DNA of 64,000 nucleotides from a bacterium (GTDB lineage: Bacteria; Bacillota; Clostridia; Lachnospirales; Lachnospiraceae). A program made the position numbers and the translations under genes. The stretch is taken from the NCBI GenBank assembly GCA_963658085.1, contig CAVKOU010000008.1, positions 8 to 64,007 on the forward strand, given 5' to 3'. This document shows, piece after piece, positions 47,045 through 57,091 of the stretch; position 1 is the stretch's first letter; every line of letters begins with the position of its first letter. The notes under the pieces were generated by a model. That model searched no databases, was not told the DNA's origin, and saw only the letters and a list, made by a program, of their open reading frames with translations.

Positions 47045-47923
47045 CTACCTATCCCTTAACTTATCAGCGATCTCGCTAAGCTTACGCAATCTATGGTTCA
47101 CTCCCGACTTCCCAATAGGATGTTCCAGAAGCTCTCCTAGTTCTTTCAAAGTTGCATCCGGGTAAGCAAGACGTGTAAGGGCAACATCCTTCAAACCTTC
47201 CGGCAGCTTATCAAAGCCATTGGTGTCTTGAATATATTTAATATCCTCTGTCTGCTTTACAGCAGCCGACACTGTTTTGTTGATATTAGCAGTCTCACAG
47301 TTTACCTTACGGTTTACAGTATTTCGCATGTCCTTCATGATCCGGACATTCTCAAATTCCATAAGAGCCACATGGGCTTCCATAACATTGAGTACATCTA
47401 CGATCTGCGAACCTTCCTTTAAATAAACAACGTAGTGATGCTTACGCTCCACTACTTTTCCATCCAGTCCGAAACTCATCATGAGTCCCTTTAATTGTTC
47501 TGCTAATGGTGCCTCATCACATACAATCTCGAAATGATAAGACTTGTTGGGATCACTCATGGACCCCGATACAAGAAATGCTCCCCGAAGGTAGGATCTC
47601 TTACAGCAAGAAGATTGCAAGGACGCGTTCCTTATGGCTATCAATTCTGGTCCGCATCCATAAATATCGTAGCTAGCGCTGTCTTTCGACATATGCCTAC
47701 GCACCGCTATATCAGCCTTTATATTAAATGTTTTTCTCAGTAATGTAAAGCATTTTCTTGCAACTGCAAGGTTTTCCGTATGAAAATGCAGGCTATAGTT
47801 ATCTCTAACCTGCTTGATTTCACCAGACATTCTGATAAATGCCGCAAGTTCTGCCAAATTACAATGTCTGGCTTCCTTCTCCTGCTTTACAAGTTCATCT
47901 TTAATCTGTCCTGAAAATGACAT
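47045..47923 (-). CDS. whiA: DNA-binding protein WhiA
   Basis: Starts MSFSGQIKDEL, has a LAGLIDADG-like middle region and a C-terminal HTH (SGVNHRLRKL). Confidence 0.9.
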   Translation of the reverse strand: MSFSGQIKDELVKQEKEARHCNLAELAAFIRMSGEIKQVRDNYSLHFHTENLAVARKCFTLLRKTFNIKADIAVRRHMSKDSASYDIYGCGPELIAIRNASLQSSCCKRSYLRGAFLVSGSMSDPNKSYHFEIVCDEAPLAEQLKGLMMSFGLDGKVVERKHHYVVYLKEGSQIVDVLNVMEAHVALMEFENVRIMKDMRNTVNRKVNCETANINKTVSAAVKQTEDIKYIQDTNGFDKLPEGLKDVALTRLAYPDATLKELGELLEHPIGKSGVNHRLRKLSEIADKLRDR

Positions 47924-47978
47924 ACATGCTCCTTTTATTTCTTCCTATCTTATAGGCAAATCCAGACAAATCCACAGC

Positions 47979-48860
47979 CTACTTTGCCTTGGTAATGGCA
48001 TCCTTTCCGATGTCACTATGTTCAATGCGAATCCCGTAATCCGCCCCTTCCTCCAGAGCTTCATATAGTGCATTTGCCAGAGTAACAGAGCGATGCTTTC
48101 CTCCGGTGCAGCCGATAGCAATCACCAACTGCGTTTTCCCTTCCTTAATATAATTAGGAATCAAAAACTTTACCATATCTTCTAATTTTTCTAAGAACTC
48201 ATCTGCCAAGCCACCAGCCATGACATAGTCTCTGACCGACTGATCATTTCCCGTCAAAGGGCGAAGTTCTTCTACATAATAGGGATTTGGAAGGAATCGC
48301 ACATCAAATACCAGATCTGCGTCCTTTGGAATTCCATATTTAAAACCAAAGGATTCTACGGTAATGTACAGATTATGATACTCTTTGTTTTCAACGAAAA
48401 TATTTTGCAGCTCCTGTCTCAGTTCCCTGGTCAAGGTATGGGTGGTATCCAAAACATAGTTTGCCCGTTCCTTAAGAAAAGCAAGCTCCCCTCGTTCTCT
48501 TTTGATTCCTTCATCCACCTTTCCTTCCCTGCCGGACAAGGGATGATATCTTCTGGTTTCCTTGTAGCGCTTAATAAGGGCATCATCGGAGGATTCCAAA
48601 AATAAAATCTCGTAATTTAATGATTTCTTATCCAAGTCATCCAGAATATTTTCTAATTCTTTAAAGCTATGTCCACTTCTGATATCAATTCCAAGAGCCG
48701 CCTTCTCCGTCTCTGATCCGGGAATCGTAAGTAGCTCTGCCATCTTAGGTATCAAAGGAAATGGCAGATTGTCTACGCAAAAATATCCAAAATCTTCTAA
48801 CATCTTAAGAGCTGTACTTTTTCCCGCCCCGGACATTCCGGTCACAATGACAATTCTCAT
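47979..48860 (-). CDS. rapZ: RNase adapter / nucleotide-binding protein RapZ (YvcJ)
   Basis: Walker A VTGMSGAGKS, FGFKYG, DVRFLPNP and CTGGKHRS. Confidence 0.92.
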   Translation of the reverse strand: MRIVIVTGMSGAGKSTALKMLEDFGYFCVDNLPFPLIPKMAELLTIPGSETEKAALGIDIRSGHSFKELENILDDLDKKSLNYEILFLESSDDALIKRYKETRRYHPLSGREGKVDEGIKRERGELAFLKERANYVLDTTHTLTRELRQELQNIFVENKEYHNLYITVESFGFKYGIPKDADLVFDVRFLPNPYYVEELRPLTGNDQSVRDYVMAGGLADEFLEKLEDMVKFLIPNYIKEGKTQLVIAIGCTGGKHRSVTLANALYEALEEGADYGIRIEHSDIGKDAITKAK

Positions 48861-48892
48861 ATGCCCCTCCTTTTAACACTCCTTAAACCAGT

Positions 48893-48948
48893 CAAATCTA
48901 ATTCAATCTAATCTAATCCAATTTAATTTAATCTAATTTAACTCAATT
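48893..48948. repeat. AT-rich AATCT/AATTT pentamer-like low-complexity tract
   Basis: aaatctaattcaatctaatctaatccaatttaatttaatctaatttaactcaatt, in the murB-rapZ spacer. Confidence 0.8.
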
Positions 48949-49858
48949 AAAACTTGCCTATTTTTTTTACCTCTGCCTCCAAAGGCACTCCAAATTTATC
49001 TTCTACTTTCTCTGAGACCTGTCTCATAAGATTGTCGATATCCGATGCCGTTGCATGGTCTTTGTTGATCACGAATCCCGAATGTTTTTCGGAAACCTGG
49101 GCTCCTCCTACCCGGAATCCCTTAAGTCCTGCATCCTGAATCAATTTCCCTGCAAAATATCCTTCCGGCCGTTTAAAAGTACTTCCCGCACTTGGATATT
49201 CTAATGGCTGTTTCTCGATTCGTTTTTGTTTTAACTCTTCCATCAATTCCTTAATTTCTGCAGGATTCTTTGGTGTAAGCTTCATTTTCGCTGATAGAAC
49301 AATATCTCCTCTTTTCCCAATGAGACTGGTGCGATATCCAAGCTCCAGCTGCTCTGTCGGAATTGTCTCAATTTCTCCCTGTGGATTTAATACCGTCACG
49401 CTAACCAAAATATCCTTCATTTCTCCGCCGTAGGCTCCTGCATTCATCACACAGGCGCCTCCAAGGCATCCGGGAATTCCTGCGGCAAATTCAAAACCAC
49501 CCAAAGAATGTTCTAACGCCTTACTTCCAATGGCAGACAAAAGTGCACCTGCTCTGGCTGTTATAAATTCTCCATCCACCGTAATCTCACTCATCCTGCG
49601 GCCAATCTGAATAATCGCACCGTCATATCCTTCATCCGATACCAAGAGATTACTTCCATTTCCCACTATATAATAAGGAACATTCTCTTCCCTACAAAGA
49701 GCTATAAGCTTTACAACTTCCTCCTCCGTCTCCGGAATCAGAAAGTAATCTGCAGGTCCACCTACCCGAAAAGTGGTATGTTTACTCATAGGTTCCTCAA
49801 GCAATGCCCTTTTTTCTGTCACGATACTTGCTAATTTATCATAAAATTTTTGGTCCAT
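48947..49858 (-). CDS. murB: UDP-N-acetylenolpyruvoylglucosamine reductase
   Basis: FAD-binding motifs TTFRVGGPADY and GNGSNLL, plus the C-terminal SAGSTFKRP. ATG at 49858 follows GGGAGGAAG. Confidence 0.92.
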   Translation of the reverse strand: MDQKFYDKLASIVTEKRALLEEPMSKHTTFRVGGPADYFLIPETEEEVVKLIALCREENVPYYIVGNGSNLLVSDEGYDGAIIQIGRRMSEITVDGEFITARAGALLSAIGSKALEHSLGGFEFAAGIPGCLGGACVMNAGAYGGEMKDILVSVTVLNPQGEIETIPTEQLELGYRTSLIGKRGDIVLSAKMKLTPKNPAEIKELMEELKQKRIEKQPLEYPSAGSTFKRPEGYFAGKLIQDAGLKGFRVGGAQVSEKHSGFVINKDHATASDIDNLMRQVSEKVEDKFGVPLEAEVKKIGKF

Positions 49859-49987
49859 AAATCTTCCTCCCAATATATCCCCTATGTTACACTATGTATT
49901 TTTCAAACTCAAGGGGACACTTGCAAAATTCCGGCAGATGCTGTATATTGATGGAAAACAATTTTCAAAAAGGAGTGATGTTTTCCC

Positions 49988-51265
49988 GTGGACTCGAGTG
50001 TCGTCGCGCAATTAGTTATACTTATTATTTTATTAATCCTTTCTGCATTTTTCTCATCAGCAGAAACTGCACTTACAACTGTAAACCGAATCCGAATCCG
50101 CAATCTGGCTGAAGAAGGCAATAAGAATGCTCAGATTGTTCTAAAAATTACGGATGATTCTTCTAAGATGTTAAGTGCGATCCTGATCGGCAACAATATA
50201 GTAAACTTGTCCGCTGCATCTTTGACCACTACCCTGTCCTACCATTTAGGTGGATCCATGGTAGCCATTGCCAGCGCTATATTGACAGTTGCTATCTTGC
50301 TCTTTGGCGAGATTACTCCGAAGACTCTTGCAACTCTTCATGCCGAAAAGATTTCCCTGCTCTATGCAAAAATTATTCATATATTTATCGTTATAATGAC
50401 GCCTTTTATCTTTATTATCAATGGATTGTCATCGATTTTATTCCGACTGATGCGGATCGATCCAAATGCTAACAATAAATCTATGACAGAAGGTGAACTG
50501 CGTACCATTGTGGATGTGAGCCACGAGGACGGGGTCATTGAATCAGAAGAAAAGGAAATGATCTACAATGTGTTTGACTTAGGGGATGCAAAAGCAAAAG
50601 ATGTTATGGTTCCTCGCGTTCATGTAACATTTGCAGACGTAAACAGTACCTACGAAGATCTGATTGAAATCTTTAGAGAGGATAAGTTTACCAGACTTCC
50701 TATTTACAAGGACACCACAGACAATGTCATCGGAACTATCAACATGAAGGACCTTCTTCTATACAGTAACACCGGAGACTTTCATGTGCGTAATATTATG
50801 CGAGAGCCTTATTTCACTTATGAATACAAGGACATTTCCGAACTGTTGGTGGAAATGCGTCAGGCTTCTCTCAATATTGCCATCGTTCTAGACGAATACG
50901 GTGAAACATCCGGCCTCATTACTCTGGAAGATATTTTGGAGGAGATCGTGGGCGAAATTCATGATGAATATGATGAAAATGAAGAGGAGTTTATCACCAG
51001 GATCAACGACTTAGAATACACGGTAGAAGCTTCTATTAACTTAGATGATCTTAATGATGAATTAGATCTTAATCTTTCTTCCGAAGATTATGATTCTTTA
51101 GGCGGATTTATCATCGAACATCTTGATCGTTTGCCGGAGGTTGGTGATCAATTCACCACAGAGGATGGTATTAAGATGATCGTAGAAAAGATGGATAAAA
51201 ACCGCATCGAACGGGTACATCTTTATTTGCCTGAACCCAAAGAGGAAGAAGAAACTAAGGAATAA
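49988..51265 (+). CDS. CNNM/CorC/HlyC-family transporter (DUF21-CBS-CorC_HlyC)
   Basis: DUF21 TM region (SAFFSSAETAL), a CBS pair and a C-terminal transporter-associated domain. The start codon is GTG. Confidence 0.85.
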   Translation: MDSSVVAQLVILIILLILSAFFSSAETALTTVNRIRIRNLAEEGNKNAQIVLKITDDSSKMLSAILIGNNIVNLSAASLTTTLSYHLGGSMVAIASAILTVAILLFGEITPKTLATLHAEKISLLYAKIIHIFIVIMTPFIFIINGLSSILFRLMRIDPNANNKSMTEGELRTIVDVSHEDGVIESEEKEMIYNVFDLGDAKAKDVMVPRVHVTFADVNSTYEDLIEIFREDKFTRLPIYKDTTDNVIGTINMKDLLLYSNTGDFHVRNIMREPYFTYEYKDISELLVEMRQASLNIAIVLDEYGETSGLITLEDILEEIVGEIHDEYDENEEEFITRINDLEYTVEASINLDDLNDELDLNLSSEDYDSLGGFIIEHLDRLPEVGDQFTTEDGIKMIVEKMDKNRIERVHLYLPEPKEEEETKE

Positions 51266-51266
51266 A

Positions 51267-51315
51267 AAATCGGAGAGAAGGAATCTTTTTACGAGATTCT
51301 TTCCCTCCGATTTAT
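51267..51315. terminator. Bidirectional terminator between convergent genes
   Basis: Long imperfect hairpin aatcggagagaaggaatct / agattctttccctccgatt. Confidence 0.75.
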
Positions 51316-51317
51316 TT

Positions 51318-52235
51318 TTATTCTTTTGGCATTTCTCCATTCTCTACCACATGGAAGAGATCGTTGATATCTTCATCCTCCTCGGGAGCATCTTCTCCCG
51401 CAAGTTTTAGTATATTAGCGATTTCATCCGGGCTAAGTCCACTCTGTTCGGCAACTTCCTCTACGGAAACTTTTCTCCCGAAATCATCCTTCATTTTCTG
51501 AATGATCTCATCTAAATCCGAAACCTTACTTACCATCTTCTTATCTCTGGCTTTGGTTTCCGTCTGCTCCTCAATCATTGTCAAAATGGTAGAACGCACT
51601 TCTTCAAGGAGCTTACGTTCTAGGGCTTCTCCTTCCAAGTCATCTTCCTCTAAGGTCGCGTCCCGGGAATATTCTTCCGAAGATATAAATTCTTCAGACT
51701 CCTCTTCCTCATCCTCCCAGATAATCTCTGCAGGCTCTCGTAATTTCTGAACTCCAAGCAAAAGAGCCATACTTCCTTCCTGCACCAGATCTCCTAACGG
51801 AATTTCCGGCTGTTTTAAGTCCATAGCCATTTCCATCACCTGTGGCATCAGCTTCTTTAGAAGCACCTCCTCCTCGGTCTTTGGTCGCATGTTCTCTATA
51901 TCTCTTAGATACTCCTTGGCAAATTCTCTCTCCGCATTACTTAAAGCATCTCTTCCCTTTAGAGGACCTTTATTTGCAGCCTCGTTTATGCCTTCCTGAT
52001 TTCCGGAAACATCTCCATCTGCAACTTCTTTGATCTCACCTTTTCTTGGCACAAATCCAGAGACGATGACCTTCTGGCTCATAAGATATTCGCACACCAA
52101 CGACAGCTGTTCCTCATTTAGATCATCTTCTTTAAAATATTCTTCCACTTCCGAAAAGGACATTCTATTTCCCTGTTCTTTTCCTTGCTCCAGGATTCCC
52201 GCAAGTTTCGCGGTAAATTCCAATCGGTCTGCCAT
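51318..52235 (-). CDS. Acidic sigma-70 (SigA/RpoD)-derived protein lacking regions 2.3-2.4 and 4
   Basis: It aligns by eye to B. subtilis SigA region 1.1 and region 1.2 (EYLRDIENMRP vs MYLKEIGRVNL). It also aligns to region 2.1-2.2 (LGDLVQEGSMALLLGVQKL vs FLDLIQEGNMGLMKAVEKF). Region 3.0-3.1 matches as well (MVSKVSDLDEIIQKMKDDFGRKVSVEEVAEQSGLSPDEIANILKLA vs [46 protein letters not shown]). The STYATWWIRQAI block is replaced by an acidic insert, and the ORF ends before region 4. Confidence 0.65.
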   Translation of the reverse strand: MADRLEFTAKLAGILEQGKEQGNRMSFSEVEEYFKEDDLNEEQLSLVCEYLMSQKVIVSGFVPRKGEIKEVADGDVSGNQEGINEAANKGPLKGRDALSNAEREFAKEYLRDIENMRPKTEEEVLLKKLMPQVMEMAMDLKQPEIPLGDLVQEGSMALLLGVQKLREPAEIIWEDEEEESEEFISSEEYSRDATLEEDDLEGEALERKLLEEVRSTILTMIEEQTETKARDKKMVSKVSDLDEIIQKMKDDFGRKVSVEEVAEQSGLSPDEIANILKLAGEDAPEEDEDINDLFHVVENGEMPKE

Positions 52236-52276
52236 ATTTTCGCTTACCTTTCCTTTATGTTTCCATTTTATTTTTA

Positions 52277-53536
52277 CTATTGATTACCATGATCCTGATG
52301 CTGTGGAGCTTTTCCGATATGGAACTCTCTCTTCAGCTGATACATCAACACTCTGGTCACTACGTCCACGATCAAAAATCCGAAGGCAATTCCCAGACAA
52401 GTCTCAAACAATACCTTCATCTGCTCAAAAGCCATAGCATTGTCTCCTCCCACGAATCCATACATCATATAGTAAAGATTCGGTCCGGGGATCAGAGGAA
52501 ATACCGACGCTGTTAAAAAGATGGTAGACGGTGCTCGATTCACTCTGGACATGACAAAGGCATATCCCGCCACAAAGGTGGCCCCTATAATCGTAGCCCA
52601 AAAATTACTGTCAGTGTAATTATATACAGCCATGTACACAAACCAGGTAAAGAAGGCTCCGATACTGGAATATAGCACCTGCTTTCCTCTTACCTTAAAC
52701 CACCAGGCGAATCCGGTACAGGCAATGGTACAGCTGATCAATTGCACTGCAAAATTAGGCGCGATCACAAACCCTTGTAGCTCCCCTTTGTCAAATACAG
52801 ACATCGCAAAAGCAATACCAAAAGCGATACCGGCAGCTCCCAAAACAGAATCCATAATCTTAATAGATCCGGAAATAAAATCTCTCTGCAATAAATCCCT
52901 GATACCATTGGTAATTCCCAGGCCGGAAATTAAGAGCATGACAATTCCGATCATGATCCACTCCGAATGATGTCCAAGTCCGATTTTAGAACAAAGCATT
53001 ATAACCGTCTCAGATAAGCAAGATAAAATGGCATTATAAATTAAAAGGTTATCCTCCCGCTTCTCCAGCCATTTTCCCACTGCAACAATCATAATAGAAA
53101 TAATCGTGGCTACTATAGCATCCTGCCAATCACATCCAAAGAAAACAGCAAATCCGGTTCCGCCCATAACTCCCGCAACATATCGCAAATATGTTTTTTG
53201 CTTTGGTCGGTTGATAACTTCCATAAACTTCTCATGAAGTTCATCTGCATCCACAGGATTTGCACAGATGGTTCTGCAAAGATGATTCAGATAATCCAAT
53301 CGATCCAAATTCATCTCCGAAAGTTCAATATGTCTGGTCTGGGTAATAATCTCCCCTTCCGGTGTCTCTACGGTAATCTGCAAATTACTGGGAATCGCGA
53401 ATATATCATAGCGCACAAAACCATAGCTTTTCGCAATTCGATACAAGCTATCCTGCAGTCTAAAACATTCCGCTCCACTTTGAGCCATAGCTTCCCCAAT
53501 GTCCAAAATGCCCTGCACAATTTTATTGTAGTTCAT
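52277..53536 (-). CDS. Threonine/serine exporter family protein (fused ThrE halves)
   Basis: N-terminal ThrE region (ILDIGEAMAQSGAECFR) followed by about 10 TM segments. Confidence 0.8.
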   Translation of the reverse strand: MNYNKIVQGILDIGEAMAQSGAECFRLQDSLYRIAKSYGFVRYDIFAIPSNLQITVETPEGEIITQTRHIELSEMNLDRLDYLNHLCRTICANPVDADELHEKFMEVINRPKQKTYLRYVAGVMGGTGFAVFFGCDWQDAIVATIISIMIVAVGKWLEKREDNLLIYNAILSCLSETVIMLCSKIGLGHHSEWIMIGIVMLLISGLGITNGIRDLLQRDFISGSIKIMDSVLGAAGIAFGIAFAMSVFDKGELQGFVIAPNFAVQLISCTIACTGFAWWFKVRGKQVLYSSIGAFFTWFVYMAVYNYTDSNFWATIIGATFVAGYAFVMSRVNRAPSTIFLTASVFPLIPGPNLYYMMYGFVGGDNAMAFEQMKVLFETCLGIAFGFLIVDVVTRVLMYQLKREFHIGKAPQHQDHGNQ

Positions 53537-53570
53537 TGTAAACTCTCCCCAAATATTCTTCTCATCTCTC

Positions 53571-54209
53571 TTAACTTCTCTTTTCCATCTCCTCTATCAC
53601 TGCAGGTAGTTGGAAAAAGTTGTGAATCACAGCTTCCGGTTCAGCCACCTGACCAAAACCGTAAGCCGCATAGATCATAGGAACGCCCGCCATTTTACAG
53701 GCCAGGGCATCCCCGGCAGTATCTCCCACATATACCGGAGATTCCAGATGATAATCCTCTATGATCTTGCGAAGGTTATCTGCCTTAAAAAGCCCAGTAT
53801 CTCCCGGACACAAGTGAGCCTCAAAGCACTCCCCAAGTCCTGTATTTTCAAGGAAAGCCTCCGGATAACCGGCCTGACAATTGCTGACGATAAACAATCG
53901 ATAAGTTTTCGATAACTCTCTTATGGTTTCCTTCATTCCTTCATAAAGATGACAAGGCGCATTTCTCACCCGGTCATTCTCATAGCGATAAAGATATCCT
54001 GCAATTTGTTCTCGAACCTCATCTCCCTCTTCCGGAAACAGATCCTCCAAAATCTCCTTTAGGGGTTTTCCGAATTCTTTTCTTAAAATCTCAGGAGTCA
54101 GTACCATCTTTATATCCGTATTTTCACGCAAAGCCTCATTCCAAGCCCCTGCTACCTCAGGAGTGGAATCCCACAGGGTGCCATCTATATCAAAAATAAT
54201 TCCGTCCAT
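53571..54209 (-). CDS. HAD-IA hydrolase (phosphoglycolate phosphatase-like)
   Basis: Motifs IIFDIDGTLWDS, VSN and VGDTAGD. ATG at 54209 follows GGAGAG. Confidence 0.8.
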   Translation of the reverse strand: MDGIIFDIDGTLWDSTPEVAGAWNEALRENTDIKMVLTPEILRKEFGKPLKEILEDLFPEEGDEVREQIAGYLYRYENDRVRNAPCHLYEGMKETIRELSKTYRLFIVSNCQAGYPEAFLENTGLGECFEAHLCPGDTGLFKADNLRKIIEDYHLESPVYVGDTAGDALACKMAGVPMIYAAYGFGQVAEPEAVIHNFFQLPAVIEEMEKRS

Positions 54210-54304
54210 GTTTCTCTCCGTCTTATTTCTACTCCATCTTATTTTCACATTCCGACTATACCGGAAAATCTTATAACTAATTAGGATCCTATTCGGAAAA
54301 TCCT

Positions 54305-54745
54305 TTATTTATTCTCAATAGCCATGATCATATCCACACGGGTCTGATGTCTTCCACCCATGAATTCGGCATTTAACCATTCATCCACGATCATCTTTGC
54401 CATCTCTATACCGATGACTCTAGAGCCAAAGGCCAGGATATTGGTATTGTTATGCTGTCTGGAAAGTTTCGCTGAAAATGGTTCTGAACAAACCACTGCG
54501 CGAACTCCCTTTACCTTATTAGCTGCCAAAGAAATGCCTACTCCGGTTCCGCAGATCAAGATTCCAAGATCCACATCACCTGCTACTACGGCCCGTCCGA
54601 CTTTCTCCCCATACTCTGGGTAATTACAGCTTTCATTGGTATCTGTTCCGAAGTTCACTACTTCATATCCCTTCTCCTTAAGATATTCTGAGATTTCGTT
54701 TTTCATTTCTACAGCTGCATGATCATTTCCAATTCCGATTTTCAT
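54305..54745 (-). CDS. rpiB: Ribose-5-phosphate isomerase B
   Basis: Motifs KIGIGNDHA, ICGTGVGISLAANK and GGRHQTRV. Confidence 0.92.
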   Translation of the reverse strand: MKIGIGNDHAAVEMKNEISEYLKEKGYEVVNFGTDTNESCNYPEYGEKVGRAVVAGDVDLGILICGTGVGISLAANKVKGVRAVVCSEPFSAKLSRQHNNTNILAFGSRVIGIEMAKMIVDEWLNAEFMGGRHQTRVDMIMAIENK

Positions 54746-54942
54746 AGTTGGTTCCTTTCATTTCCAAAACATACCTTGTAGTACTTCACTTAAAGAGGGC
54801 AAAAAAATCTTTTGCCCCCAACATCATGTTATATTATAATGTTTGGAGCAGAATACCGCAAGATACTAGAGATAGGTTTGATCATCCATTTATATTAGAT
54901 TTCTGTTTCTATTTATATAATTTACGAAGGAGTAATACTTAT

Positions 54943-55719
54943 ATGATTAAATTGATTGCCAGCGATATTGACGGAACTTTATTAAAAGACGGTGCCCAAA
55001 CACTGGACCCGGAATTATTTGATGTCATTTCGAAATTAAAAGAGAAAGGGATTCGTTTTGTTGCATCCAGTGGTCGAGGATACAACAGCCTGTTTCATCT
55101 TTTCGAACCTGTAGCCGATGATATTTATTACATTTCAGAGAACGGAGCTATATTAACTTATGAAGACCAAAAACTCTCCAGTGGCGAAATTCCAAGAGAA
55201 TTGGCTCTGCGGATTTTCAAGGCCTCCAGAGAATGGCCCTGCGCTCCCTTTGTTTCCTGTGTGGACAGAAGTTATACCGATTCTGACAACGAGGAATTTC
55301 TCCATATCATGCGGGATGTGATCCACTACGACATAGAAAAAGTGGATTCTATGGATGAAATCAGGAAGCCTTTTATTAAATTTGCTCTCTGTGATTTTGG
55401 AGCAGATATCGATACCTTTGGACATTTCAGAGAGCTTTTCGGTCAGGAGATTACCATCGTAACCTCCGGAAAAGACTGGGTGGATTTTGTTCCTGATGGG
55501 GTAAATAAGGGAATTGCCCTCGAGAAGCTTTGTAATCTTATGGGGATTTCCAGAGAGGAATGCATCGCCTTTGGAGACGAATATAACGATACCGCCATGT
55601 TAGAATTTGCCGGCATCGGATACGCTATGGAGCCTTGTGCCCCAGGTGTCGAGAAATATGCAAATAAGCGCACCGATTCTGTGCTGAAGGTTTTAAAGGA
55701 ACTATTAGCTTCTCTGTAA
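54943..55719 (+). CDS. Cof-type HAD-IIB hydrolase
   Basis: Motifs ASDIDGTLL, ASSGR and FGDEYNDTAML. ATG at 54943 follows GAAGGAG. Confidence 0.85.
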   Translation: MIKLIASDIDGTLLKDGAQTLDPELFDVISKLKEKGIRFVASSGRGYNSLFHLFEPVADDIYYISENGAILTYEDQKLSSGEIPRELALRIFKASREWPCAPFVSCVDRSYTDSDNEEFLHIMRDVIHYDIEKVDSMDEIRKPFIKFALCDFGADIDTFGHFRELFGQEITIVTSGKDWVDFVPDGVNKGIALEKLCNLMGISREECIAFGDEYNDTAMLEFAGIGYAMEPCAPGVEKYANKRTDSVLKVLKELLASL

Positions 55720-55761
55720 TAACGAACTTTTATGAAAAATTCTATTGAATTTTTTATCAGA

Positions 55762-55835
55762 AAATCCCCTGTAGATACTTTGATTTTCACCAATGTTCTA
55801 CAGGGGATTTGTAATTTTGTAATTTTGTAATTTTT
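55762..55835. terminator. Convergent-gene terminator hairpin followed by a 3x gtaatttt repeat
   Basis: A 13-bp stem aatcccctgtaga/tctacaggggatt, then tgtaattttgtaattttgtaattttt. Confidence 0.7.
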
Positions 55836-55857
55836 AAATCTTTAAATTCTTTTTCTC

Positions 55858-56964
55858 TTATTGGAAGGTTGCCTGATTTGCATAGTTAAATGCAATATAA
55901 CTCTTTCCACGATTAATCTTAATTTCATTTCCTGCATCATCAAAGAAAATCAGTCTTGAAGATTCATCGTTCGGTGTCTTGCTCCAGTGAATTTTCTGGA
56001 TTCCGCCATTGGAAATATAATATCCAACAGTCTTGACTCCACCTTCCCAGTCTAACTGCTTATGTCCTACTTCATCTCTTACGGAAATAGTAGTCTCTAA
56101 AACAAAAACGTTCGTAAATGAAAGCTGATTTCCGGTACTGCTATCAATCTGTGCTGCTCCGTTGTTCTCCTTTTTATAAGTCTTAGAAGCCTCATCATAA
56201 GTCAATGCAGCTGTCTGCGCGCCAAAATTAATATCCACTCTTGTACAATTGTCTGTACCAGCCTTTAACTGCTCGTTTAACCCATTAAATTTAAAAGCAG
56301 CATCTTTCATGTTATCCTTAAGATCGGTTCGTCTTCCTTCAGACTGTACCACAGATGCAAACTGAGTTCCGTCGAAGGTTCCTGTATGCTCCAGAGCATA
56401 TCCTGCATTCAAACGATCCTGATCTCTTCCAAAAAGATTTCCCGCATTGTAAATTCCATCATACTGATCAAGGTTTAAAGCCTCCAGATAATCTGCAATA
56501 GAATCATCGATTCCCCAGTTTACATAAAATGCATCAAATCCCTGAGACAGGGCCGGGAAATAATATCTGCAACTTCTGATCGGGCAGATCTTTGGCACAG
56601 TGGTATAATCTCCATACAATGCCATAAATCTGGTGTGGTCTCCCTCTACCGGAATCTCAAAAATAATGTCTGCCTTTTCTACACCATATTGAGGCATGGC
56701 GTCCGGAATATTATTAACCATAACTGCCACCGGACGTTTTCCAATCGCTCCATCAGTTAAATCTGCAATTCCTGTAAGAAGATTCTGATTAGCTGGAATT
56801 TCTTCTGCTGGCTCTTCCTCCTTGGTCTCCTCTTCTTTTGTTGTTTCCTTGGTTTCTTTCTTGGTGACTGTGGTTTTTTCAGTATCATCGGACTTCTTTG
56901 AACAAGCCGGAAGTACAGAAACGACCATCAGTGCAGCCAATAGTACACATAATTTTCTCTTCAT
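55858..56964 (-). CDS. DUF3048-family lipoprotein
   Basis: Lipobox LPACSKK and the conserved RPVAVMVNNIPDAMPQYGVEKADIIFEIPVEG...TRFMALY. ATG at 56964 follows GAGGAGG. Confidence 0.75.
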   Translation of the reverse strand: MKRKLCVLLAALMVVSVLPACSKKSDDTEKTTVTKKETKETTKEEETKEEEPAEEIPANQNLLTGIADLTDGAIGKRPVAVMVNNIPDAMPQYGVEKADIIFEIPVEGDHTRFMALYGDYTTVPKICPIRSCRYYFPALSQGFDAFYVNWGIDDSIADYLEALNLDQYDGIYNAGNLFGRDQDRLNAGYALEHTGTFDGTQFASVVQSEGRRTDLKDNMKDAAFKFNGLNEQLKAGTDNCTRVDINFGAQTAALTYDEASKTYKKENNGAAQIDSSTGNQLSFTNVFVLETTISVRDEVGHKQLDWEGGVKTVGYYISNGGIQKIHWSKTPNDESSRLIFFDDAGNEIKINRGKSYIAFNYANQATFQ

Positions 56965-57091
56965 TTTTTTCCTCCTCAAACATAAACTCATAATAAAACG
57001 AATCCTTTTTTTATGCAACCTATAACACTCATTTAATCTCTATCTTTTGTAAAATCTTAACATCTGTGTTACAATGACCTGGTCCGGATGA

